Shown here in pieces: positions 1 through 8,545 of a stretch of DNA of 37,855 nt (within the stretch, counting starts at the first letter, position 1; each line of letters opens with the position of its first letter). The stretch is from a virus (Duplodnaviria; Caudoviricetes). The notes beneath the pieces are model-generated. The model was not told the DNA's origin. It searched no databases and saw only the letters and a program-made list of their open reading frames with translations. The DNA is taken from IMG/VR virus record IMGVR_UViG_3300020045_012128, positions 1 through 37,855 of that record. One strand, written 5' to 3'. A program made the position numbers and the translations under genes.

Positions 1-126
1 AAATGGTCAAGCGGAGGCATAAAGGTAATGATCGAAAGTCTAGAGATTGCTGCTAATAAAAAAATAAGCGAAGAAATAACTAAATACCAAAAAGACTCTA
101 ATTCAAAGCATATAAAGCATAGATAA
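1..126 (+). CDS. Hypothetical protein, 5'-truncated
   Basis: Frame 1 is open from base 1 (KWSSGGIKVMIE...KHR) to TAA 124-126, which overlaps the next ATG (TAATG). Confidence 0.6.
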   Translation, partial: KWSSGGIKVMIESLEIAANKKISEEITKYQKDSNSKHIKHR

Positions 127-413
127 TGTTAGAAAGTAGAATACAATCAAGTGTTGTTCGTTATGCTAAAAGTAAAGGCTATATTGCTAGGAAATTTTCT
201 TCGCAATATGATGTAGGTAATCCGGATTATATTTTTATAACACCTAATGGAATAGTTTTATTCATTGAGTTTAAAGGCTCAGGAAAAAAACCAACACAAA
301 AACAAGAATTGATTATTAATTTACTAATAAACCAAGGTTGTTTAGTCTTTGTTATAGATAATATTGAAGATGGAAAAAGATTAATTGATAAATATTTAGA
401 GAAAAGTATATGA
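126..413 (+). CDS. VRR-NUC domain nuclease (PD-(D/E)xK)
   Basis: LESRIQ...GNPD...FIEFK.SGKKPTQKQ pattern; 95 aa; lies upstream of a phage SNF2 helicase as is typical. Confidence 0.9.
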   Translation: MLESRIQSSVVRYAKSKGYIARKFSSQYDVGNPDYIFITPNGIVLFIEFKGSGKKPTQKQELIINLLINQGCLVFVIDNIEDGKRLIDKYLEKSI

Positions 414-919
414 GTATAAAACGAATCATGAATGAAATTAATTCATTCACAAGATATGATACAATTAGAGATCAACAAATAGAAGGTTTTTTAAACAGTA
501 CTATTAGTACTCAAGGAGAATTTGAATATAATATTAGTCAGTATTACTCTTTTCGTTGTAGTTTATGTGAAAATTGTCTAGTAACGAATAGTAATGATTT
601 TACTAATATTAACTGCCCTTCATGTGATATTGATATTGATATTAAATATTTAAAATTAGACGAACAATCTTTAGAAATACTAGTTTTTACTGAGTTTTGC
701 TTTTATAATATTATAATAACAAACGATAAAATGAATTCAGCTACTGTAGCTTTAAAGTCGTTTGTTAAATATCAAAGCACTTCTCTTTTTAAAAGCTCTG
801 TCATTGAAACAAAAATATACTTTCGTGATTATGCTTTTAAGATATGTTATAATTCTGCAGATAAAATTACCGCTGGATTTCTTGAAAGGCTAAAATCTAA
901 TGCAATAGATCTTAATTAA
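410..919 (+). CDS. Hypothetical protein with putative zinc ribbon
   Basis: CSLC...CPSC pair; ATGA overlap with the VRR-NUC gene. Confidence 0.65.
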   Translation: MSIKRIMNEINSFTRYDTIRDQQIEGFLNSTISTQGEFEYNISQYYSFRCSLCENCLVTNSNDFTNINCPSCDIDIDIKYLKLDEQSLEILVFTEFCFYNIIITNDKMNSATVALKSFVKYQSTSLFKSSVIETKIYFRDYAFKICYNSADKITAGFLERLKSNAIDLN

Positions 920-961
920 TAAATTAACACTTCGATAATTAACAAATTAACAATTAAAATC

Positions 962-2152
962 ATGATAACATCTTCAACAAAACTATCAATAATAGTTATC
1001 TTTGCAATGAATACACTACTAGCAGTTGTAACAGCTGTCGGTATGACAATTGCACCGTTCATGCTAGTAGAAAACTTAGGCATTTCATTTATACTACTTG
1101 GTGTAATTGAAGGAGTAATGGAAATGTCAAGTAGTTTAATAAAATTAATAAGTGGCGTTGCATTCGACAAAATAAAGAATGTAAAACATTTGTTCCTTAT
1201 TTCCTCAATTCTATCAGCATTATCTAAATTACTACTATTTTTCCCTAATTCTTTAACTATAGTTCTAAGTAAAGGGTTTGAAAGAGTAGGTAACGGTATG
1301 TTTGCCACTCCTAGAGATGCTTATATACTAGAGAATACTAAAGATAGAGGTTTCAGCTATGGATTACTAAATGCCTCTAAAACAGTAGGTTGCGTATTAG
1401 GATCTTTATTAGTAAGTATTTTAGTTTATTGTTCAGGTAATACCTTAGAATCTAATATAAACTATATTGTTTCTATATCCATTATTTTAGCTCTTATAGC
1501 CGCTGTGTTATCTGATTTTATTAAAGGGAGTGAAATAAAGAGGTCAGTAGATAATAGTTTCAGTTTACTAAAAGCTAAAGATCATCTGATCAGTTGTTTT
1601 AGAAATACTAAGATGCAATTAGCTTTACTCCCTATATATTTAGGTGCATTTGTATTCTTTTTAGGGAGATTTAATGATGGAATGTTAATGTTCTATTTAA
1701 AGAATCTAGGGTATCCGTCTTGGTTATATCTATCAACCATTTCTATATTTAATACCGCTATGTTCTTAGTAGCTCCGATTTTAGGTATGTTAATTGATAA
1801 AAAACATACTAAAGTAGTATTAGCCACGACAGTATTTTCGCTATTATTATTTAATGTTATATTTCTATATTTAGCTGAATTACCTAGTTTCTTCGTATTT
1901 ATAGGATTAGGTCTATGGGGCATTCAACGGACAGGAGCTGCAATTATATTCTCTTATTTGTTATTCCAAAAGTCTGAAGATAAGAAAGTTTACGGGACTA
2001 ATTTAGGAATATTATTATTTATTATGGGCATTGGTTCATTATTTGGATCTATGATAGCTGGATATTTAATAACTATAGACTTTCGGTATATATTTCTGTT
2101 TAGCGGAACTTGCGCAACATTATCTGCCTTGACCAGTAGGTATGTGAAATGA
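962..2152 (+). CDS. Major facilitator superfamily (MFS) transporter
   Basis: 396 aa with about 12 hydrophobic segments; motif-A-like GVAFDKIKNVK and GMLIDKKHTK in the two halves; ERVGNGMFATPRDA segment. Confidence 0.9.
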   Translation: MITSSTKLSIIVIFAMNTLLAVVTAVGMTIAPFMLVENLGISFILLGVIEGVMEMSSSLIKLISGVAFDKIKNVKHLFLISSILSALSKLLLFFPNSLTIVLSKGFERVGNGMFATPRDAYILENTKDRGFSYGLLNASKTVGCVLGSLLVSILVYCSGNTLESNINYIVSISIILALIAAVLSDFIKGSEIKRSVDNSFSLLKAKDHLISCFRNTKMQLALLPIYLGAFVFFLGRFNDGMLMFYLKNLGYPSWLYLSTISIFNTAMFLVAPILGMLIDKKHTKVVLATTVFSLLLFNVIFLYLAELPSFFVFIGLGLWGIQRTGAAIIFSYLLFQKSEDKKVYGTNLGILLFIMGIGSLFGSMIAGYLITIDFRYIFLFSGTCATLSALTSRYVK

Positions 2153-3480
2153 GCAGAAAATTACTATTACATGAATATCAAAAGAATTGTGTAAGGCATA
2201 TATATAAAAAAAAGAAAGTAGGTCTTTTTATACCTATGGGTATGGGCAAGACATCTATAACTTTAGTTGCGATAAGTTTATTACTTAGAGACCAGAAAGT
2301 TAAGTCTATACTTATCGTTGCTCCGCTTTACGTTGCTGCCAGTGTATGGCACGTTGAGGCGGCGAAGTGGCTAGTATTAAATCAACTTAAGTTTTCATTA
2401 ATTCTTGGTACTGAAAAACAAAGAGTAGAAGCTCTTAATTCTACAGCTCATGTCTATATTATTAATAGAGAAAACTTAGTTTGGCTATCTAAATTTAAAC
2501 GTAATTTTGATATGATAGTCCTTGATGAATCATCAAGTTTTAAGAATCCATCTACACAAAGATTTAATGCACTTAAGAGAATGAAGAGCGAATACTTAGT
2601 AGCATTAACAGGAACACCTTCGCCTAATGGATTATTAGATCTTTGGTCTCAAGTTTATTTGATGGATAGAGGATTAAGATTAGGAACGTCAATGAAAGAC
2701 TATAAAGAAAAATATTTTAATTCTGATTATATGGGGTTTAACTTTAAACCTAAAGATCCGGAAGCTATTTACAAACAAATTGAAGATATAGTTATATCGA
2801 TGCGTTTAGAAGATTATTTACAACTTCCTGAGCGTATAGATATTATTACTCCTGTTTGCATTGAAAAGACTAAGGAATATAAACAATTGGAAGAAAAGTT
2901 CGTAACCCATATCAATAACTTTGAGATTACAACTTCAAATGCAGCAACTTTAGCCGGTAAATTATTACAGTTTTGTAATGGAGCTGTATACGATGAAGAG
3001 AAGAATATCATTGAAGTTCATAGTTCTAAATTAGATGCATTAGAAGGTCTTATAAACGACAATCCTAACGAAAATGTATTAGTAGCTTATAACTTTAATA
3101 GCGACTTAAAACGTCTTAAAGAAAGGTTTAAATATGCACATGTATTTACAGCTGGTGGAGATATAATTGAACGTTGGAATAAAGGTGAAATAAAGATGTT
3201 ATTATGCCATCCAGCTAGTGCTGGTAAGGGGTTAAACTTACAAGCCGGAGGCTGTAACATAATTTGGTTTGGTTTAACTTGGAACTTAGAAGATTACTTA
3301 CAATTTAATGCAAGGCTTCATAGACAAGGACAGACGAGACCCGTAGTTATAAATCATTTAGTAGCTAAAGGAGGTATGGATGAATTAGTTATGAAAGCCT
3401 TAAGAAATAAAGAGGTTAATCAAAGGGAGCTATTAAATAGTTTAGCAGTTTGTATTAAGGATATTACAGGGCAGATATGA
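2149..3480 (+). CDS. Phage SNF2-family (SF2) helicase
   Basis: MGMGKT (Walker A), VLDESS (Walker B), LTGTP, GKGLNLQ, QFNARLHRQGQ motifs. Confidence 0.95.
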   Translation: MSRKLLLHEYQKNCVRHIYKKKKVGLFIPMGMGKTSITLVAISLLLRDQKVKSILIVAPLYVAASVWHVEAAKWLVLNQLKFSLILGTEKQRVEALNSTAHVYIINRENLVWLSKFKRNFDMIVLDESSSFKNPSTQRFNALKRMKSEYLVALTGTPSPNGLLDLWSQVYLMDRGLRLGTSMKDYKEKYFNSDYMGFNFKPKDPEAIYKQIEDIVISMRLEDYLQLPERIDIITPVCIEKTKEYKQLEEKFVTHINNFEITTSNAATLAGKLLQFCNGAVYDEEKNIIEVHSSKLDALEGLINDNPNENVLVAYNFNSDLKRLKERFKYAHVFTAGGDIIERWNKGEIKMLLCHPASAGKGLNLQAGGCNIIWFGLTWNLEDYLQFNARLHRQGQTRPVVINHLVAKGGMDELVMKALRNKEVNQRELLNSLAVCIKDITGQI

Positions 3481-3596
3481 GAAATTTTATACTATTACTA
3501 ATGATTTTTTTTGCTCTTAAGTCATATCATTTTGAAAGCATAAAAAAAATGGACGACATATTAAATGAACTAAAACTTATTAGGAGTAAAAAATGA
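3477..3596 (+). CDS. 39-aa small protein with hydrophobic N-terminus (not in ORF track)
   Basis: MRNFILLLMIFFALKSYHFESIKKMDDILNELKLIRSKK; ATGA overlaps at both ends (3477-3480 and 3593-3596). Confidence 0.7.
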   Translation: MRNFILLLMIFFALKSYHFESIKKMDDILNELKLIRSKK

Positions 3597-3823
3597 ATAT
3601 ACCAACGAATATAACTTTAGTCGGTTTATACTTATTACTAGTACTCTGTTTTCATTTTTCAATTTTTTGTAATATTATTGAAAATAAGTATAGAAAAATT
3701 ACACATAAAATAATAGATATTTTAGCTAGGACAATTATATTATTTGGCATAACAGTACTATTTATGGCTTATACACATATTATAATATCAATAGGTGAAT
3801 ATATTTATAAGCTAATACCTTAA
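3593..3823 (+). CDS. Small two-TM membrane protein (holin candidate)
   Basis: Two hydrophobic stretches separated by a basic loop; close to the lysozyme-like gene. The holin role is inference. Confidence 0.55.
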   Translation: MNIPTNITLVGLYLLLVLCFHFSIFCNIIENKYRKITHKIIDILARTIILFGITVLFMAYTHIIISIGEYIYKLIP

Positions 3824-3856
3824 TAATTTTACTATAAATACTAGAGATAACTTAAA

Positions 3857-4045
3857 ATGAATTACTTAATATCGACAGTAACACTTACTATAGCAATAAT
3901 AGTCCTATGGACTCAACTTCTATTAACATGTACTGTTTGGAACTTAGCAGAAAATGTAAGCGAAGTAAACCATAAAATACAAATAAACAAACAAATCAAG
4001 GAACAAAAACATGAAAAGAAAAAACAACTACTCCATAACCGCTAA
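3857..4045 (+). CDS. Small single-TM protein
   Basis: Hydrophobic N-terminal helix and basic C-tail; GAG upstream of the start. Confidence 0.55.
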   Translation: MNYLISTVTLTIAIIVLWTQLLLTCTVWNLAENVSEVNHKIQINKQIKEQKHEKKKQLLHNR

Positions 4046-4550
4046 TATAAAATCTTTTATAACTAATACTAATAAACTAACTCTTACACCAAAAAACGGC
4101 ATTGTCGGATATAACCATTTAATGAAGGCTGGAACTTCAAATAAAACTATAAATTCAGAAACTGCTTATTATTTAATGTTAAGTGATTTAAATTCGATAT
4201 GTTCAGCTTTAAATGAATATTTAGAAGTTGAGTTATCTGAAAATAAATTATGTGCTTTAGTTAGTTATTTTTATAGTAACCATACTATACCATCTTCTTT
4301 TGCTTTAGTTGAAATTAATAAAGGAAATCTTCAGTTAGCCGGTGAATTGTTATTTTTAAATAATTCTTCTAAAGAAATAAGAGCATCAAGAGATAGTAAC
4401 GATGGTAATTTTAAATTAGGTATTAAATCACTATTTTTAGGTAACGTACCTAAAGAAATGAGAGCGTTAAGAGCTCAAGAATATATACTTTGGAATGATG
4501 ATAAGCTTGAGATTTTGAACTTAAAACCATGTGAATTTATGTTTTTATAA
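4011..4550 (+). CDS. GH24 (phage lysozyme/RrrD-like) homologue, catalytic triad apparently lost
   Basis: IVGYNH (cf. TIGYGH), AYYLMLSDL, VELSENKLCALVSYFYS (cf. V.L.QNQFDALVSF.FN), INKG...AG, RALRAQEYILW (cf. RR..E..LF); no Glu-Gly/Asp/Thr motif in the N-terminal lobe. Confidence 0.7.
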   Translation: MKRKNNYSITANIKSFITNTNKLTLTPKNGIVGYNHLMKAGTSNKTINSETAYYLMLSDLNSICSALNEYLEVELSENKLCALVSYFYSNHTIPSSFALVEINKGNLQLAGELLFLNNSSKEIRASRDSNDGNFKLGIKSLFLGNVPKEMRALRAQEYILWNDDKLEILNLKPCEFMFL

Positions 4551-4569
4551 AAATTATAGTTTTTTTAAC

Positions 4570-4598
4570 TTGACGTTACTAAAATACCGTATTAGTAT
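4570..4598 (+). promoter_or_regulatory. Sigma70-type promoter
   Basis: TTGACG (4570-4575), 17 bp spacer, TAGTAT (4593-4598). Confidence 0.65.
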
Positions 4599-4641
4599 AA
4601 GTAAGCTAGATCAATGGCAAACAAAAACATGGAGATTAAAA

Positions 4642-4791
4642 ATGAATTTTAATTATAAGGATAAACAAATTACCGGACTTGAACTTTTAGATATTTTAGA
4701 AAATAAATCAGATCCTTTTACTTATAAAGAGTTAGCTGAATATAAAAACTTGGTTACTAAAGCTTTAGCTAAATTAAGAGCAGGTAACTGA
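4642..4791 (+). CDS. Hypothetical protein (49 aa; start revised from 4531)
   Basis: GGAG RBS at 4631-4634 before ATG 4642, downstream of the promoter; the GTG start at 4531 would span the promoter. Confidence 0.65.
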   Translation: MNFNYKDKQITGLELLDILENKSDPFTYKELAEYKNLVTKALAKLRAGN

Positions 4792-4952
4792 TGGGAGTAA
4801 TGCATAATGATTTAAAACTACTAAATGAAATGTTTAAACAAAACCCTATAGTCCCACTAACCACATCTGAAATACTTGTATTTATAGCATTAGTATTAAT
4901 AGGTTTTGCTAGTATTTTATATATGGATAGACCGGAAAATGACACAAAGTAA
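4791..4952 (+). CDS. 53-aa single-TM protein (not in ORF track)
   Basis: MGVMHNDL...ILVFIALVLIGFASILYMDRPENDTK; TGATG overlap with the upstream ORF; fills the gap before the XRE gene. Confidence 0.65.
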   Translation: MGVMHNDLKLLNEMFKQNPIVPLTTSEILVFIALVLIGFASILYMDRPENDTK

Positions 4953-4964
4953 AAGAGAATAAAA

Positions 4965-5345
4965 ATGACTGATCATAGAACGCTAAAAGATGATGTACTT
5001 ATAAATAGGGCTATGGGAGAGAAGATTCGTCAACTTAGATTATCTAACAGCTGGTCTCGTACACAAGTCGTTAGACATATAGGAGTATCTAATCAACAGT
5101 TATTAAAATACGAAAGAGGGCAAAATAAAGTATCTATGGGTAGGTTAAAACTAATAGCTAAACTATTCGAAAAACCTATATCTTATTTTTATGAAGAGCC
5201 TAAAATTGATAATTATGCTCCTGAGTTAACTTGTAAACTCGCTACTGGAGTATATAATAATTTTATAAAATTAAAAAACGAAAAACTTAAAAAGTCTATT
5301 AGTAATTTAATTAGAACTTTAGTTGACAATGAATCTAAAGGCTAA
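4965..5345 (+). CDS. XRE/Cro-family HTH transcriptional regulator
   Basis: GEKIRQLRL...IGVSNQQLLKYERGQNKVSMGRL..IA...PISYFYE, the QQ.QKYE.G.N type common in Alphaproteobacteria. Confidence 0.9.
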   Translation: MTDHRTLKDDVLINRAMGEKIRQLRLSNSWSRTQVVRHIGVSNQQLLKYERGQNKVSMGRLKLIAKLFEKPISYFYEEPKIDNYAPELTCKLATGVYNNFIKLKNEKLKKSISNLIRTLVDNESKG

Positions 5346-5445
5346 TAATCGTTAGAATAATAATTAATTTTATAGAAATATGGGATTTTATAAAAAATAA
5401 ATATTTTTGACTTGACGAGTTTATTATCATTTACTATAAGTAAAG

Positions 5446-5503
5446 AGCCTCTAGTTGCGTTTATTGCATTATAAACCTTAGCCCAGCAACTAGAGGTATT
5501 TAT
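5446..5503 (+). ncRNA. Candidate small RNA or terminator between convergent operons
   Basis: Perfect 11-bp stem CCTCTAGTTGC (5448-5458)/GCAACTAGAGG (5486-5496) enclosing a GTTTAT/ATAAAC stem; T-rich tail; TTGACG-17-TATAAG (5412-5440) just upstream with no ORF to drive. Confidence 0.5.
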
Positions 5504-5504
5504 T

Positions 5505-7268
5505 TTATTCTGTTATTATTTGACCTCTACCAGTTTGATCAGTTATACCTTGTGGTGCATTCCTTAATCTTATTACTGCATTTAAATAGTCGTCAGCAAA
5601 TATATCTTTAGCTGTTGTTACGAGTGTATGTCTATAATCTCCTCCATCAATTACTAGTCCAGCTTGTGCAACTACGGCTGGTTTTAATGATGTACTTGTA
5701 TTTTTCATAGTACAGTTAGTAAGAACGCTTTGCACAGTACTACGATAAGTTAGAAAGAATATATTTATATTTGATGCGCAGGTAACAGTGACATTATTGA
5801 ATATAGCTTGCCCTCCTATACCAAATAAAGAGCTCGTATTTGCATTTTTTATTACTGAACCAAAATTCACATTTTGTATAGTAACAATGCCACCTGCATT
5901 AATTATAGCTTGTGTATCTGAAGTATTATTTTTCATTGATACTATACCAGAATAGTAATTGAATACCCCATGGTCACCGCTATATATAAGATCATAATTA
6001 TTAATATTTACATTCTCAAGGCTTATATTATATGTATAACTATAACTATAAAAAGTAGTTGCTGGGGCTCCAGTTCCTGTATTATTTATAGTAGCATTCT
6101 TAAACGTCAAATTTACTCCAGTTGCTGTAGTATCTATTAAGAAATGTATAGTAGTCGAATGTGTAAAACTACAATTAAAAATTCCAGTAAAAACTACACT
6201 TCCATAATTGATGAATCTTACTTGTTCAGTAATACTATTCCCTAATGTAGCAGATTTTATTGTTATCCATGGTGTGTTATAGGATATGGCTGATTCAGCA
6301 GTTCCCCATATATAATCTGAATCAAGTTGTATAGTTACCTTCCTACCTCCTCCGTTTTCTGTGTATGAAGTAATAAGCTGGAATATAGCTTGAGTAACAT
6401 ATTTTAAAGTTCTTGAAGGACCTACATTTATAATTTCATCAGCTGGAGGATCTATAGGGTCAAGTGGTTCAATTTGGGAGAACATACGTTTTCTAAATAC
6501 TGTACCATCATAAATAGCTGTAATAGCTTCTTTAGCCAGCAAGTTATTGGGTATGCCATCTCCTTCAGGATCTTGCAATGACTTCTCACCTAATCCATCT
6601 ATATTAAGTATAATAGCTCCTTTACTTGCTATATCCGTAGTAAATAGAGCCGCCATACCGTTATAATAACCTGTGACTGTCTTAGGCGTACCAATAGCCG
6701 TAGTTAATGCATATTTAGTTGCTACATCGCCAGGCTGTACCGTTCCAGCAGCTATATACTCATTAGTGAATATATATGGAACGACTAAGTTTGTTTGATA
6801 GAACTTAGTATCAGCAAGGCTATAGATAGCAGTATAATATTTACCTGTTACTAATGACGATGTGGTTGTACTACCTAATTCCTGTAATAGTTTAAGAGGT
6901 AATCCTGCAATCTGAATGCTTACAGCTCCATCACTTGTTATAGGAGATATAAAAGTTACAACCATTTGGTCATAGTATTTATCTACTACAACATCATTAG
7001 ATGGAGTCAATACAATTTGATTAGCTACGGTACTTGTAGCTATAAATCCTACAACTGAAGGATTTCCTAGCGTTTGTATGAAAGTTTGTTGGGTAATAGC
7101 TTTGTCAACTCCTTCACCTGTCTTTCTAAGTAAAAGTAGATCCCCTGCATCGAATGATGTAGCTAAGGCTAAATCTGTTATTTGTTTACTTACAAGATTA
7201 GGAGTATCTAGGGATTTTTTATCATCGCTTTTTAAAGCCATATTCTTTTCTTTATTTAGTTTTGTCAT
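5505..7268 (-). CDS. Tail fibre/tailspike receptor-binding protein
   Basis: Last gene of the tail module; two copies of a YY..M...F......G...I.I.GL..K.LQ domain, Pro linker EPLDPIDPPAD, then an Asn/Thr/Ile-rich beta-helix-like C-half. Confidence 0.8.
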   Translation of the reverse strand: MTKLNKEKNMALKSDDKKSLDTPNLVSKQITDLALATSFDAGDLLLLRKTGEGVDKAITQQTFIQTLGNPSVVGFIATSTVANQIVLTPSNDVVVDKYYDQMVVTFISPITSDGAVSIQIAGLPLKLLQELGSTTTSSLVTGKYYTAIYSLADTKFYQTNLVVPYIFTNEYIAAGTVQPGDVATKYALTTAIGTPKTVTGYYNGMAALFTTDIASKGAIILNIDGLGEKSLQDPEGDGIPNNLLAKEAITAIYDGTVFRKRMFSQIEPLDPIDPPADEIINVGPSRTLKYVTQAIFQLITSYTENGGGRKVTIQLDSDYIWGTAESAISYNTPWITIKSATLGNSITEQVRFINYGSVVFTGIFNCSFTHSTTIHFLIDTTATGVNLTFKNATINNTGTGAPATTFYSYSYTYNISLENVNINNYDLIYSGDHGVFNYYSGIVSMKNNTSDTQAIINAGGIVTIQNVNFGSVIKNANTSSLFGIGGQAIFNNVTVTCASNINIFFLTYRSTVQSVLTNCTMKNTSTSLKPAVVAQAGLVIDGGDYRHTLVTTAKDIFADDYLNAVIRLRNAPQGITDQTGRGQIITE

Positions 7269-7277
7269 GTTTGTTCT

Positions 7278-7745
7278 CTATATTATAGTGTTATCACTTA
7301 CTTTACGCCAGTTAGTTCCATCGCTAAAAACTATTGATCCGCCTACTCCTAGATCTGATATATAAATCATTTTACCTGCTACATAATCATTGGCGGTTGG
7401 TTTTTCTGCATTTAAATATTCTTTAGGAGTATGAAGGGCGCCGTTTAAAAATTTTATCCATAAGCATATGTTTCTAAACATCCAATTTAGAAAATTACGC
7501 TCTAGCACTCCTGAATAAGATGCACCGAATTGCTTTTTTTCATTCGGCGGCTCAATGCAGTTATTAGAACCGCTTATTGGATCAACAACATCAGTCATAG
7601 CCCAATCAGGGTATGATGTCGGCGCTACATTTACGGATAAAATTACGCTTGATTTGTCTTCAATATTAGTAATATCTTTCGAACTTTTTTTATTAGTTGC
7701 TATTTCTATTATTTTTTTTTGTGTATTTTTTATTACATCTATCAT
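7278..7745 (-). CDS. Short tail-fibre adaptor/attachment protein
   Basis: PDWA...EPP..K..G......R.FLNW resembles the N-terminal baseplate-docking motif of myovirus fibres; position after the wedge genes. Confidence 0.6.
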   Translation of the reverse strand: MIDVIKNTQKKIIEIATNKKSSKDITNIEDKSSVILSVNVAPTSYPDWAMTDVVDPISGSNNCIEPPNEKKQFGASYSGVLERNFLNWMFRNICLWIKFLNGALHTPKEYLNAEKPTANDYVAGKMIYISDLGVGGSIVFSDGTNWRKVSDNTII

Positions 7746-8545
7746 GTTCTTACCTCTGATAATCTTCCACCGAAGATACTTACTGTATAATCTTCGTTAG
7801 AGTTTATTAATTTTAAATCCAATTGGCTTCCATCTCCTAAATCATACTCATATAAAGCACCACCAAAATCTACATTTAAAAATGACTTAGTTAAATATAC
7901 TTCTGCTAGTATTCCGCCAGCAGAAAAACTATAAACTCCTAAAGCTTCGATACTTAGATTATCTGCTGCACTAACATTATAACTATCAAGGGCTGATGGT
8001 AGTGGTGTAGCTTGTACCATGAAATCTACCGGTTCACCTTTTACTTCACTTAATGTTAATAATGGTAAACCTGATGGTAATGTAGTTACAGTACTACCTA
8101 CTCCTGCTGGTGATATCTCTTTTACAATAGTAGCAATATTAGATATATTAACTGAGCTTTGTATAAATAAAGTAAAATATGCAGGTGCTGGCTCTGTAAA
8201 ATCAATAAATGTAGGATTCATCCATTGCTTGATAGAGTCTATAATAGTATTAGGTTCACCAGCTCCTACATTTAACTTTATTCTGGCAAGTATTGCTATT
8301 CTATAGACTTCATCATCTCTACCGACTCTAGCTTCTCCTACAAGCAATCCTACGACATCTAATTGAGCTCCAATAGCTGTATATATTCCGCATTTAGTGT
8401 AGACATCATACATTGCATCTTCGGCTTTTTGAACTTCAGATACAAGGGTTGAAATAATAGTTTTGGTATTTACTCTCTCTTTATCTTGCTCAAGCATTCT
8501 ATTTTGAGCATTAGAGATTAAATTTGTAATTTTAGTTAATCCCAT
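7742..8545 (-). CDS. Baseplate wedge protein (DUF2612/P2 gpI-like)
   Basis: AIGAQLDVVGLLVG..R.G..DE.YR..I.ARI motif; follows gpJ. Confidence 0.85.
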   Translation of the reverse strand: MGLTKITNLISNAQNRMLEQDKERVNTKTIISTLVSEVQKAEDAMYDVYTKCGIYTAIGAQLDVVGLLVGEARVGRDDEVYRIAILARIKLNVGAGEPNTIIDSIKQWMNPTFIDFTEPAPAYFTLFIQSSVNISNIATIVKEISPAGVGSTVTTLPSGLPLLTLSEVKGEPVDFMVQATPLPSALDSYNVSAADNLSIEALGVYSFSAGGILAEVYLTKSFLNVDFGGALYEYDLGDGSQLDLKLINSNEDYTVSIFGGRLSEVRT

